Assembly: GCA_017436905.1 (NCBI GenBank) | Contig: JAFSCF010000002.1 | Span: 1,083 to 65,082 of the forward strand | Length of the DNA: 64,000 nucleotides | Reading direction: 5' to 3' | From: Clostridia bacterium | GTDB lineage: Bacteria; Bacillota; Clostridia; UMGS1810 | In this document: in pieces, positions 17,940 through 26,723 of the stretch | Numbering within the stretch: position 1 is the stretch's first letter | Layout of the letters: each line of letters opens with the position of its first letter | Translations under genes and position numbers: made by a program | Notes under the pieces: generated by a model | What the model was told of the DNA's origin: nothing | The model's input: the letters and a program-made list of their open reading frames with translations, nothing else | The model's database searches: none

Positions 17940-18770
17940 TTAAAATCCCTCTCCATGTACTTCACGCACATCAGAGAGAATAATAAATGCTTTGGGGTCA
18001 ATTTTTTTTACAATAGTACGCAATTTTGGTATTTCATTACGTATAACAACGCACAAAATAAGCGTACTGTCACGATTTGTATACATACCTTTGCCGTAGA
18101 TGCCCGTTGTACCCCGACGCATAACATTCATAATTTCATCACTTATCTCTTTTGATTTTTCAGAGATAATATAGGCACTCTTGGCGGCATTACCGCCCTC
18201 TACAATAGCATCGGCGACTTTAGAACTTACATAAACAGAAGCCACCATATAAAGCATTAGAGTGTAGTCCGCAAAAGCAAATCCTGCGGTAATTATAATC
18301 AGACCGTCTATGATAAGAATAAGGTTTGCAACGGAAATACGTTTATTCAGCACTTTATACAGGATAATTGCAAGAAAATCGCTTCCGCCGGTAGACGCTC
18401 CGTATTTTATAACCACACCTACACCTGTGCCCATCAGTATACCACCGAATGCAGCAGCCATAAGTATATCATCAGTAAAAGGAGTGGCATCTGCAGTTAT
18501 TTCTAAAAACAATGTAAGCGCCAATGTGCCTACAGCAGATTTAACAAATACGCTTTTCGGCATAGTTTTCCAACTGATTGCAAAAAGCACTGCATTGATA
18601 CTTAGCACAACCAAAGAAACGGGTAAACCAAATTTAGAATGTAAAATAGTAGCAACACCACCGGCACCGCCTGCGGCGATTTCGTTCGGTATCAAAAAAT
18701 AACTGAATCCTATAGCCATAACAAGCGCACCAAGCAAAATAAAGAAAAATTCTTTGAAAAAGTTTTTCAA
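17940..18770 (-). CDS. YitT-family membrane protein (DUF2179 C-terminal domain)
   Basis: 276 aa, multiple TM segments, C-terminal ...ILSDVREVHGEGF; TTG start preceded by AGAGGTGAT. Confidence 0.75.
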   Translation of the reverse strand: MKNFFKEFFFILLGALVMAIGFSYFLIPNEIAAGGAGGVATILHSKFGLPVSLVVLSINAVLFAISWKTMPKSVFVKSAVGTLALTLFLEITADATPFTDDILMAAAFGGILMGTGVGVVIKYGASTGGSDFLAIILYKVLNKRISVANLILIIDGLIIITAGFAFADYTLMLYMVASVYVSSKVADAIVEGGNAAKSAYIISEKSKEISDEIMNVMRRGTTGIYGKGMYTNRDSTLILCVVIRNEIPKLRTIVKKIDPKAFIILSDVREVHGEGF

Positions 18771-18773
18771 ATT

Positions 18774-18819
18774 ATCACCTCTGAATTTACGTGTTGCTAT
18801 TATATTTAACAGAGGCGAT
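18774..18819 (-). promoter_or_regulatory. hairpin sequestering the yitT Shine-Dalgarno sequence
   Basis: In the RNA, AUCGCCUCUG (18819-18810) pairs over 10 bp (one G-U) with CAGAGGUGAU (18783-18774), which contains the SD. The anti-SD arm begins 5 nt after the mrnC stop. Confidence 0.45.
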
Positions 18820-18823
18820 AATT

Positions 18824-19228
18824 TTATTCTGCTGTATTTACTGCTTCGTATGCCATATTAAGTATTTCGTCAAGGCGGGCAGAGTTTTTCTTTAAATAAA
18901 GATAACCCAACAGCGCCTCAAATCCGGTTGCGTGGCGATAATCTACAATATCGGCATTTTTTGCTGAGGTATGCGAGTGCGCATTTCTGCCACGTTTATA
19001 TACACTTTGTTCTTCTTCCGTAAAAACATCCTCAATAGAACGCACAATTTTGCTCTGTGCTACTGCGCTGACGTATTTTATTGCAATTTTATGAAGTTTT
19101 GCAACCTGCATATTAACATCTTTAGCAATTCTTGTGCGTATATATGTTTCGTATACTGCATCACCCACAAAAGCAAGAGTCAGCGGTGACAGTTGTTCAG
19201 GCGGCAGTCCTAATTCAAAATCAAGCAT
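18824..19228 (-). CDS. mrnC: Mini-ribonuclease 3
   Basis: 134 aa; LAFVGDAVYETYIR RNase III-like signature; conserved cysE-cysS-mrnC order. Confidence 0.85.
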   Translation of the reverse strand: MLDFELGLPPEQLSPLTLAFVGDAVYETYIRTRIAKDVNMQVAKLHKIAIKYVSAVAQSKIVRSIEDVFTEEEQSVYKRGRNAHSHTSAKNADIVDYRHATGFEALLGYLYLKKNSARLDEILNMAYEAVNTAE

Positions 19229-19231
19229 ATC

Positions 19232-20617
19232 TTACTCCCTGTGCCACTTAACACCCTGAGAAGTATCTTCCAGGATAATTCCCATTGCTTTGAGTTTATC
19301 ACGGATTTCATCGGCAGTTTTAAAGTCTTTTGCTTTTCTTGCCTGATTTCTCTGCTCAATCATATCTTCAATCCCGCTGTCGAGATTATCATCTTTTACA
19401 GTATTCAATACGCCGAGTACGCCGCCGAGTTCTTTAATAAGCGCAAGAGTATCTTCGCACGCTTTTTTGCTGCTTTCGGCATTTATCTCGGTATTTGCAA
19501 AGTAAACAATATCAAATATAGCAGCAATGGCATCGGCAGTATTTATATCATCTTCCATAGCCTCAATAAACTTCTGCTTAAATCCGGCAAGTTTATCTGA
19601 TACATCTGCGCCATCGTCTGCAGCATTCTTTGCCATAAACTCCAAGTTACCCATACAGGTATAAATTCTCTCTAAACCTGATTTTGCCTGAAGTAATAAA
19701 TCGTGCGAGAAATTAATCGGGTTTCTGTAGTGTGCACTGAACATAAAAAATCTTATAACCTCAGGCTCAAACTCTTTTACAACATCACGCACAGTAAAGA
19801 AATTGCCGAGAGATTTGCTCATCTTTCTGTTATCAACATTTATATAGCCGTTATGCAACCAGTAGTTTGCAAAATTACAGCCGTTTGCAGCCTCAGACTG
19901 TGCAACCTCGTTCTCGTGGTGCGGGAATATCAAATCCATACCGCCACTGTGAATATCAATAGTTTTGCCAAGATATTTATTAGCCATTGCACTGCACTCA
20001 ATATGCCAGCCGGGTCTTCCCATACCCCAGGGGCTTTCCCATGCAGGCTCGCCCTCTTTCTGTGCTTTCCACAAAGCAAAATCCATAGGGTCTTCTTTCT
20101 GCTCGCCAACGTCAATACGTGCGCCTGCCTCTAAATTTTCCAAAGGCTGATGCGAGAGTTTTCCGTATTCATCAAACTTTTTAACACGGAAATACACATC
20201 GCCGTTTACGTTATATGCATATCCTTTTTCTTCCAGAGTTTTTATTAGTTCAATAATAGCGTCAATATTCTCTGTTGCTCTGGGATGAACTGTAGCACAT
20301 TTAATACCAAGTGCACTTGCATCTTTAAAATACTCGTCTATAAATCTGTCTGCGAGTTCTTTAACAGTTACTCCCTCTTCATTAGCACGCTTAATCATTT
20401 TATCGTCTATATCGGTAAAGTTCTGAACAAAACTCACCTCATAACCCATATATTCCATAAAACGCCTTAAAGCATCAAAAATTATAAAAGGACGCGCATT
20501 ACCTATATGGAAATAATTATAAACAGTAGGCCCGCACGAATACATACGCACCTTACCCTCTTCCACGGGTTTGAATTCTTCTTTTTGTCTTGTCATACTG
20601 TTATAGAGTTTAATCAT
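19232..20617 (-). CDS. cysS: cysteine--tRNA ligase
   Basis: 461 aa; HIGN (HIGH) and KMSKS motifs. Confidence 0.95.
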   Translation of the reverse strand: MIKLYNSMTRQKEEFKPVEEGKVRMYSCGPTVYNYFHIGNARPFIIFDALRRFMEYMGYEVSFVQNFTDIDDKMIKRANEEGVTVKELADRFIDEYFKDASALGIKCATVHPRATENIDAIIELIKTLEEKGYAYNVNGDVYFRVKKFDEYGKLSHQPLENLEAGARIDVGEQKEDPMDFALWKAQKEGEPAWESPWGMGRPGWHIECSAMANKYLGKTIDIHSGGMDLIFPHHENEVAQSEAANGCNFANYWLHNGYINVDNRKMSKSLGNFFTVRDVVKEFEPEVIRFFMFSAHYRNPINFSHDLLLQAKSGLERIYTCMGNLEFMAKNAADDGADVSDKLAGFKQKFIEAMEDDINTADAIAAIFDIVYFANTEINAESSKKACEDTLALIKELGGVLGVLNTVKDDNLDSGIEDMIEQRNQARKAKDFKTADEIRDKLKAMGIILEDTSQGVKWHRE

Positions 20618-20644
20618 AATAACAACCTTTTCCTTTCCAATGCT

Positions 20645-21334
20645 TTATTTACTGAGTTCGTCAACTCTTTTGCTCAAATCGTCAATCAACTTATGCAGTT
20701 TACAAATCTCCTGCGACGTTGGGTCAGGCATATGAATATGGTCCAAATCGTTAGGAGAAATACGTTTATTGTTTATTCTCACAATTCTTGCCGGAACACC
20801 CACACAAGTAGAGTTTTCAGGAACTTCTGAAAGTACTACTGCGTTTGCCGCAATTTTTGAGTTACTGCCAACCGTAAAAGGTCCAAGCACCTTTGCACCG
20901 CAGCCAACCATTACATTATCGCCCAAAGTTGGGTGACGTTTACCTTTATCTTTACCTGTACCGCCAAGTGTTACCCCCTGATACAGAGTACAATTTTCGC
21001 CGATAATAGCAGTTTCTCCGATAACAACACCCGTACCATGGTCAATAAAAAGCCCCCTGCCGATAGTTGCACCGGGGTGGATTTCAATACCGGTTACAAA
21101 TTTACTGTACTGCGATATAAGTCTTGCAACAAACTTCATACCATGGTTATAGAAAAAATGTGCATATCTGTGAAAAACCAACGCATGAAGCCCCGTATAC
21201 AAGAAGAACACTTCCGCCTTACTGCGCGCAGCAGGGTCCCTCTGCATAACAGAAGAAATTTCGCACAATGCAACGGGAGTATAAAAAATATAGTGTAATA
21301 CAATAATTGACGCTACTGCAATAAGCAAATACAT
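20645..21334 (-). CDS. cysE: serine O-acetyltransferase
   Basis: Hexapeptide repeats (GIEIHPGATIGRGLFIDHGTGVVIGETA); start at ATG 21334 with GGAGG upstream. Confidence 0.9.
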   Translation of the reverse strand: MYLLIAVASIIVLHYIFYTPVALCEISSVMQRDPAARSKAEVFFLYTGLHALVFHRYAHFFYNHGMKFVARLISQYSKFVTGIEIHPGATIGRGLFIDHGTGVVIGETAIIGENCTLYQGVTLGGTGKDKGKRHPTLGDNVMVGCGAKVLGPFTVGSNSKIAANAVVLSEVPENSTCVGVPARIVRINNKRISPNDLDHIHMPDPTSQEICKLHKLIDDLSKRVDELSK

Positions 21335-21367
21335 ACCTTTTTCCTCCAAAACATGCGCATATATTCT

Positions 21368-21396
21368 ATTATATAATCTTTTTATTTAAAAAACAA
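21368..21396 (-). promoter_or_regulatory. sigma-70-like promoter of cysE-cysS-mrnC
   Basis: Minus strand TTGTTT, 17-nt spacer, TATAAT; the short leader has no T-box-like element. Confidence 0.5.
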
Positions 21397-21417
21397 CTGT
21401 TTTTTGCGTTTTTTTAA

Positions 21418-21446
21418 TTGATTTTACAGTTACAATATGCTAATAT
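21418..21446 (+). promoter_or_regulatory. sigma-70-like promoter of the Cys-rich ORF/feoA unit
   Basis: TTGATT (21418-21423), 17-nt spacer, TAATAT (21441-21446). Confidence 0.5.
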
Positions 21447-21480
21447 AGTTATGTAATATATTTAAACTGCAGGTGATAAC

Positions 21481-21693
21481 ATGATATACAGAGAATGTGA
21501 AAACCCAAAATGCTTTTTTTGCGCATATTCTGCACCGCTTGCCGCTACAACTGATATGATATGCAGCAAAACAGGAATTGTGTGCGAGAACAGCATTTGC
21601 AAAAAGTTCAGGTACGACCCCCAAAAACGTATACCAAAACGCACGCCTAAACTTAATACAGATAAATTCAGCGCAGAGGATTTTGCGCTTTAA
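21481..21693 (+). CDS. small Cys-rich protein of unknown function (70 aa)
   Basis: AGGTGA RBS at 21471; six Cys (CENPKCFFC ... CSKTGIVCENSIC); basic C-terminus; lies directly upstream of feoA. Confidence 0.5.
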   Translation: MIYRECENPKCFFCAYSAPLAATTDMICSKTGIVCENSICKKFRYDPQKRIPKRTPKLNTDKFSAEDFAL

Positions 21694-21783
21694 AATATCC
21701 GTAACCGCAAGGCACAAATCTCCATATAATATATTAAAACGACAAATCCAATTTGCATTCAAATATATTTGGAGGTATTAAAA

Positions 21784-22017
21784 ATGTCAGCCAATGTGCG
21801 CAGTCTTGCCGACCTCCCCACGGGTGAGAGATGCCGTGTGGCGGGTCTTAACTCCACCGGCAGCAACCGCAGACGTATGCTGGACTTAGGTTTAGTGCCC
21901 GGAACTGAGGTTGAAGCAGTGCTTAAAAGTCCGTCAGGCGGTGTGGCTGCTTATCTTATACGTGGAGCACTTATAGCAATCCGCCGTGAGGATGCGATAA
22001 ATATAATTATATACTGA
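21784..22017 (+). CDS. feoA: ferrous iron transport protein A
   Basis: 77 aa; FeoA SH3-like sequence (L..L..GE...V..L......RRMLDLGLVPGTEVE); GGAGGT RBS. Confidence 0.85.
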   Translation: MSANVRSLADLPTGERCRVAGLNSTGSNRRRMLDLGLVPGTEVEAVLKSPSGGVAAYLIRGALIAIRREDAINIIIY

Positions 22018-22030
22018 TTTTTATACAACA

Positions 22031-22066
22031 ATATCGGAGTATGCCAAAGCATACTCCGATATTTTA
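22031..22066. terminator. bidirectional hairpin terminator between feoA and the CNNM gene
   Basis: ATATCGGAGTATGC-CAAA-GCATACTCCGATAT, a perfect 14-bp stem followed by TTT. Confidence 0.75.
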
Positions 22067-23332
22067 ATTATCGTCGTTTGTCTCGTCATCAATTTCGGGT
22101 TCATTTACAATTACATGGATTTTTTCAACTCTGTGATAGTCTGTTTCTGTAACAGTAATGTTCAAATTCTGATAATCAAACACGTCACCCGTTTCAGGAA
22201 CTCTGTCAAGTTGTTCCATAACCCAACCGCTTATAGATGCAATTTCCTCATCTGCCTCAATACCAAACTGTTCGCAAAAGTCTTCAAAATCAGCAGAGCA
22301 GTCAACAATATATTTGTTTTCTTCGATAAGTTCAAAATCTTCTATAACCTCATCGTGCTCGTCCCATATTTCGCCTACAAGTTCTTCTAAAATATCCTCC
22401 ATGGTAACAATACCCAATGTTCCGCCAAACTCGTCAAGTATAACGGCTATGTGCGATTTGTTGGTCTGGAGTTCTTTTAAAAGGTCGTTAATCTTTTCGC
22501 TTCTTTGTACAAAAACCGGAACAGACATAAGTTCTTCTATGCTTTTATCTGTTATACCATCTTCGTTATAAAAATCTTTAAGGTGGATAACACCTACGAT
22601 ATTATCAATACTTTCATCGAACACAAGCAATCTTGAAAAACGTGTTTGCGAGAAAAGACGAGCCACTTCAATTTTATCTGCATCTATCGGCACAGCCTCA
22701 ATATCTACACGGTGTGTCAATACATCTTCTGCCCTCTGTTCAGTAAACTCTATAGCGTTTCGCAAAAGGTCGCCTTCGTCAGTATCGATAGTGCCGTCCT
22801 GCTCTACCTCATCAACTAAAACAAGCAGTTCCTCCTGCGACATCTTGGCACTTTCTTCAACCTTTATAATTTTTGCAAGAAGTTTTTTCCATAGCGAAAA
22901 CAAAAAGTTTAAAGGGGTAAGTATCCAGATGAGTAATCTTATAAAAGGCGCAGAAAACATAGCAAATTTTTCAGGTGTGTCTTTAGCAATGCTTTTAGGC
23001 GAAATTTCTCCGAAAATAAGGACTACTATAGTAATAACTGCAGTTGAAATAGCGGCACCGTAATCAGGGAAAAGTTTTACAAAAAGCACAGTGCCCATTG
23101 AAGCCAGTGCTATGTTTACAATGTTATTACCAACAAGAATTGTTGATAAAAGTTTATCGTAATTTTCGGCGATAGAAAGCACCAGTGACGCACGCTTATC
23201 GCCTTTTTCGGCCATGTTTTTAAGCCTTGTTTTATTAATAGAAGTAAATGCCGTTTCCGTAGCAGAAAAGTACGCTGACATAAGTACTAATGCTACCATC
23301 ACAAGTATATAAGGCATAGGTAAAGGGTCCAT
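22064..23332 (-). CDS. CNNM/CorC/TlyC-family transporter (DUF21 - CBS pair - CorC_HlyC)
   Basis: 422 aa; N-terminal TM DUF21 region, CBS-pair region, C-terminal CorC_HlyC-like domain. Confidence 0.85.
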   Translation of the reverse strand: MDPLPMPYILVMVALVLMSAYFSATETAFTSINKTRLKNMAEKGDKRASLVLSIAENYDKLLSTILVGNNIVNIALASMGTVLFVKLFPDYGAAISTAVITIVVLIFGEISPKSIAKDTPEKFAMFSAPFIRLLIWILTPLNFLFSLWKKLLAKIIKVEESAKMSQEELLVLVDEVEQDGTIDTDEGDLLRNAIEFTEQRAEDVLTHRVDIEAVPIDADKIEVARLFSQTRFSRLLVFDESIDNIVGVIHLKDFYNEDGITDKSIEELMSVPVFVQRSEKINDLLKELQTNKSHIAVILDEFGGTLGIVTMEDILEELVGEIWDEHDEVIEDFELIEENKYIVDCSADFEDFCEQFGIEADEEIASISGWVMEQLDRVPETGDVFDYQNLNITVTETDYHRVEKIHVIVNEPEIDDETNDDN

Positions 23333-23408
23333 TTTAAATTATTCTCTCCTTAAAAAGTAATCGTTTTTTGTATTATTAAAATCAAATTTCAGGTCAATTG
23401 CGCATTTT

Positions 23409-23464
23409 ATAAAAACACAAAAAGGCACGCCTGCGTAAAGCACATATTATACGCAGGTATGCCT
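23409..23464 (-). terminator. intrinsic terminator inside the 5' leader of the CNNM gene (candidate attenuator)
   Basis: Minus strand AGGCATACCTGCGTA-loop-ACGCAGGCGTGCCT followed by TTTTTGTGTTTTT; lies between the promoter at 23556-23584 and the start codon at 23332. Confidence 0.65.
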
Positions 23465-23555
23465 GATAAATCATATCAATTATATAGTTTGCGTTAGAAT
23501 TACTCCCGTCGCCGTCCATTATAGAATAAACCATTCCTTTCATAATGCTAAACTG

Positions 23556-23584
23556 ATTATATCATACACTTAAAAAATAGTCAA
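23556..23584 (-). promoter_or_regulatory. near-consensus sigma-70 promoter of the CNNM gene leader
   Basis: Minus strand TTGACT (23584-23579), 17-nt spacer, TATAAT (23561-23556). Confidence 0.65.
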
Positions 23585-23665
23585 TATTATTTTTAATATT
23601 CACGCAAAAAGGGGTGGTTTCATAGTATATCATTGAAATATTGCACGTTTTGGGAGGTGCAGTTT

Positions 23666-25792
23666 ATGGGTCTTACTGTACAGTCAACACAAAAAAGTGC
23701 TTTAAAAGAAAGCATTATTACAGAAAACAGCAAAAATGTGATCGCTCTTGCCGGCAACCCTAACGTAGGCAAAAGCACAGTTTTTAACGCTCTTACTGGG
23801 CTAAAACAACACACAGGTAATTGGCCGGGCAAAACTGTTGCCAATGCAGTCGGCACATTTACATACGAAAACGAAGAATATACCCTTGTGGATTTACCGG
23901 GAACATATTCGCTTATGTCAAATTCCAAAGAAGAGGAAATTGCACGTGACTTTATATGCTCCGCAAAAGCAGAAGCCGTAATAGTAGTTGCTGATGCAAC
24001 CTGCCTTGAACGCAACTTAAACCTTGTTCTTCAAATACTGGAAATTACTCCGAAATGCATACTGTGTGTAAATCTGATGGATGAGGCTGAAAAGAAAAAA
24101 ATCAAAATAGATATCAGCAGATTGAAAAGCATTTTAGGCATACCGGTTGTTGGAATATCCGCCGCACGAAGAAAAGGAACGGAGCCTTTAAAAAAACAGT
24201 TAAAACTTCTTAAAAGCAACAATACTTTTACTCCAAAATACGATACTGTGATAGAATCAAGCATATCCGATATAGCAGATGTAATTAAAGATACTTTCAC
24301 CAATATTAATCTTCCGCCAAGGTTTTTGGCAATAAAGTTACTTTGCGGTGACAAAAGTATAATTAACTCATTGCAAAACTTTACAAATTGTGATTTAACA
24401 AAAAACAGTTCTGTTAAAGATGTATTGGAATCAGAAAAATCAAAACTGGCAGATGTCGGCATTACCGAAAGTAACTTGACTGACAAAATTGTATGCTCTA
24501 TTATTGCAGAGGCAGAAAACATCGCAAAAGAATGTGTTACAGTTCAAAATGATGAATATGCTTTATCAGATATACGTACCGACAGAATATTAACATCAAA
24601 GATATGGGGAATACCCATTATGCTTTGTATGCTTGGACTTATATTCTATCTTTCTATAGCAGGCGCAAATTACCCGTCATCACTGTTATCGCAATTATTC
24701 AATAATATCGAACAACATCTTTTAAATTTTTTTGCGAATATAAATGCGCCGCAGTGGATAACAAATATACTTGTTTCAGGTATGTATCGCACTTTGACAT
24801 GGGTTATAGCGGTTATGCTGCCGCCAATGGCGATATTCTTCCCTCTTTTCACATTACTTGAAGACTTGGGGTATTTGCCGAGAGTAGCATTTAACCTTGA
24901 CGGCATTTTTAAAAAATGCTGCGCTCACGGCAAGCAATGTCTTACAATGTGTATGGGATTGGGCTGCAATGCTGCTGGTGTAACCGGCGCAAGAATTATA
25001 GACTCGCCACGGGAAAGGCTGATAGCGATTATAACAAACAGCCTTGTACCTTGCAACGGCAGATTCCCTACCCTTATAACAATATCTGCAATATTTATAG
25101 GCTCACCTTTTGTATACGCAGGGAAATATGCAATGGCAGCGATAGCCGTACTTGCAATCGTGGTTACAGGAATTTGCGCAACATTTGCAGTATCGTATAT
25201 ACTGTCGAAAACAGTTTTAAAAGGAACTCCATCACAGTTCACTCTCGAACTTCCGCCGTTTCGCAAACCAAAAATTGCAGAAGTTATATATCGCTCAGTT
25301 TTTGACAGAACTTTATTTGTGCTTGGCCGTGCGGCTGCAGTGGCAGCGCCTGCAGGTGCACTGATATGGTTAACCGCAAATGTACACATAGGTGAATTAT
25401 CAATTTTGCAACATATGGGTACATTTTTAGAACCGTTCGCAAAACTTCTTGGTTTAGACGGGTATATACTGTTATCTTTCATACTCGGCATACCTGCAAA
25501 CGAAATAGTTATGCCAATCCTTATAATGTGCTATACGGCATCAGGGCAGTTGGCAGAACTCGGCACGCTTGCAGATACGGGAGCACTCCTTATAGCAAAC
25601 GGCTGGAACATAATAACAGCAATCAATGTTATGCTGTTTTCTCTGTTTCATTTCCCGTGTGCAACTACACTTCTTACAATACGTAAAGAAACAGGAAGTT
25701 TTAAATGGACAGCAGTTTCTTTTATAATACCTACCTTCATAGGAATTGTCGTGTGCTTTATAATAGCGCAAGTTTCAAAAATATTTATATAA
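23666..25792 (+). CDS. feoB: ferrous iron transporter B
   Basis: GNPNVGKST G-domain followed by a polytopic membrane domain; start at ATG 23666 (GGGAGGTG upstream). Confidence 0.9.
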   Translation: MGLTVQSTQKSALKESIITENSKNVIALAGNPNVGKSTVFNALTGLKQHTGNWPGKTVANAVGTFTYENEEYTLVDLPGTYSLMSNSKEEEIARDFICSAKAEAVIVVADATCLERNLNLVLQILEITPKCILCVNLMDEAEKKKIKIDISRLKSILGIPVVGISAARRKGTEPLKKQLKLLKSNNTFTPKYDTVIESSISDIADVIKDTFTNINLPPRFLAIKLLCGDKSIINSLQNFTNCDLTKNSSVKDVLESEKSKLADVGITESNLTDKIVCSIIAEAENIAKECVTVQNDEYALSDIRTDRILTSKIWGIPIMLCMLGLIFYLSIAGANYPSSLLSQLFNNIEQHLLNFFANINAPQWITNILVSGMYRTLTWVIAVMLPPMAIFFPLFTLLEDLGYLPRVAFNLDGIFKKCCAHGKQCLTMCMGLGCNAAGVTGARIIDSPRERLIAIITNSLVPCNGRFPTLITISAIFIGSPFVYAGKYAMAAIAVLAIVVTGICATFAVSYILSKTVLKGTPSQFTLELPPFRKPKIAEVIYRSVFDRTLFVLGRAAAVAAPAGALIWLTANVHIGELSILQHMGTFLEPFAKLLGLDGYILLSFILGIPANEIVMPILIMCYTASGQLAELGTLADTGALLIANGWNIITAINVMLFSLFHFPCATTLLTIRKETGSFKWTAVSFIIPTFIGIVVCFIIAQVSKIFI

Positions 25793-25795
25793 CAA

Positions 25796-25821
25796 AAAGG
25801 CTGAGAAATTTCTCAGCCTTT
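25796..25821. terminator. hairpin terminator between feoB and the DUF1858 gene
   Basis: AAAGGCTGAGAAA/TTTCTCAGCCTTT perfect palindrome. Confidence 0.7.
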
Positions 25822-25837
25822 AAAGTTAAAATTAAAA

Positions 25838-26041
25838 TTATTTATTGCCTAAAAACATATTGATTTTAGCGATTAATTCATCAGCATCAACACCATGAAC
25901 CGCACAAGCCTCTTCAACAGTTTCGCCGCTTGCTGAAGGACAGCCTAAGCAGTGCATACCAATCTCAAAAAAGAAAGGTGCTGTTTCGGGGTCAATTTTC
26001 AATACATCTGCAATGATAGTGTCTTTTGTAATCATAGCCAT
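25838..26041 (-). CDS. DUF1858-like small redox-disulfide protein
   Basis: 67 aa from ATG 26041 (GGAGG upstream); ...MHCLGCPSASGETVEEA... motif. Confidence 0.65.
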   Translation of the reverse strand: MAMITKDTIIADVLKIDPETAPFFFEIGMHCLGCPSASGETVEEACAVHGVDADELIAKINMFLGNK

Positions 26042-26147
26042 TTTTATATTCCTCCATTTCAATTAATATTAATATTAACACTATAATTATATAATTTTTA
26101 TTATAAAAATGCAATACCTAAGTTTAGTATTATATATTTTTTTGTTT

Positions 26148-26690
26148 TTATTTAGCAAATTTTTCTCTTCCGGTTTCATAAAGATTGTTGCCTTCTGCAT
26201 CTATAATAACAGTTACAGGAAAATCTTCAACCTCTAATCTGCGTATAGCCTCAGTACCGAGGTCGTCATAGGCAATAACCTCACTTTTTTTAACGTGCTG
26301 CGCAAGAAGTGCTCCTGCACCACCTATCGCACCGAAATAGACACAACCATATTTAACCATCGCATCTACAACAGAGGGTTTTCTAAGTCCCTTGCCTATC
26401 ATCCCCATCAGTCCTCGTTTTATAAGTTCAGGGGCATATGCGTCCATTCTGCCGCTGGTGGTTGGTCCGCACGAGCCTATAACTTCGTCTTCTCTGCACG
26501 GGCACGGACCTACGTAGTATATAATCTGTCCGTCAATATCAAAAGGTAATTCTTCTCCCCTGTTTAACGCTTCGCACATACGCTTATGCGCAGCATCACG
26601 TCCTGTATATATAACACCCGATATTGTTACATTATCCCCTGCTTTTAAGGTTTTAATTTTATCTTTCGTTAAAGGTGTAGTGATATTCAT
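26148..26690 (-). CDS. class I fumarate hydratase / L(+)-tartrate dehydratase, beta subunit
   Basis: 180 aa; ...GDNVTISGVIYTGRDAAHKRM...GPTTSGRMD...GKG... typical of the Fe-S hydro-lyase beta subunit. Confidence 0.8.
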   Translation of the reverse strand: MNITTPLTKDKIKTLKAGDNVTISGVIYTGRDAAHKRMCEALNRGEELPFDIDGQIIYYVGPCPCREDEVIGSCGPTTSGRMDAYAPELIKRGLMGMIGKGLRKPSVVDAMVKYGCVYFGAIGGAGALLAQHVKKSEVIAYDDLGTEAIRRLEVEDFPVTVIIDAEGNNLYETGREKFAK

Positions 26691-26706
26691 ATTAAATTTC
26701 CTTTAT

Positions 26707-26723
26707 TTAACCTTATTGATGTC
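26707..26723. repeat. att core, left copy (TTAACCTTATTGATGTC)
   Basis: Identical 17-mer at 41094-41110; flanked on the right by a further about 37 nt of synonymously diverged metA 3' coding sequence. Confidence 0.75.

Noticed and set aside
21335-21480. Expected a Cys T-box leader upstream of cysE-cysS
   Set aside because: I searched both strands for the T-box core (GGGTGGnACCGCG or its complement) and a specifier hairpin and found neither. The promoter sits only about 30 nt from the start codon.
21430-21762. 110-aa minus-strand ORF between cysE and feoA
   Set aside because: It has no RBS or promoter. It overlaps the plus-strand 70-aa Cys-rich ORF, which has both, and it lies upstream of the mapped cysE promoter.
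23480-23500. ACGGCGACGG in the CNNM leader as a guanidine-II (mini-ykkC) or ykkC-like element
   Set aside because: The two ACGG motifs are only 2 nt apart and are not presented in hairpin loops. The ykkC GGUCCGAGAG-type elements are absent, and the gene context (CNNM) does not fit guanidine riboswitches.
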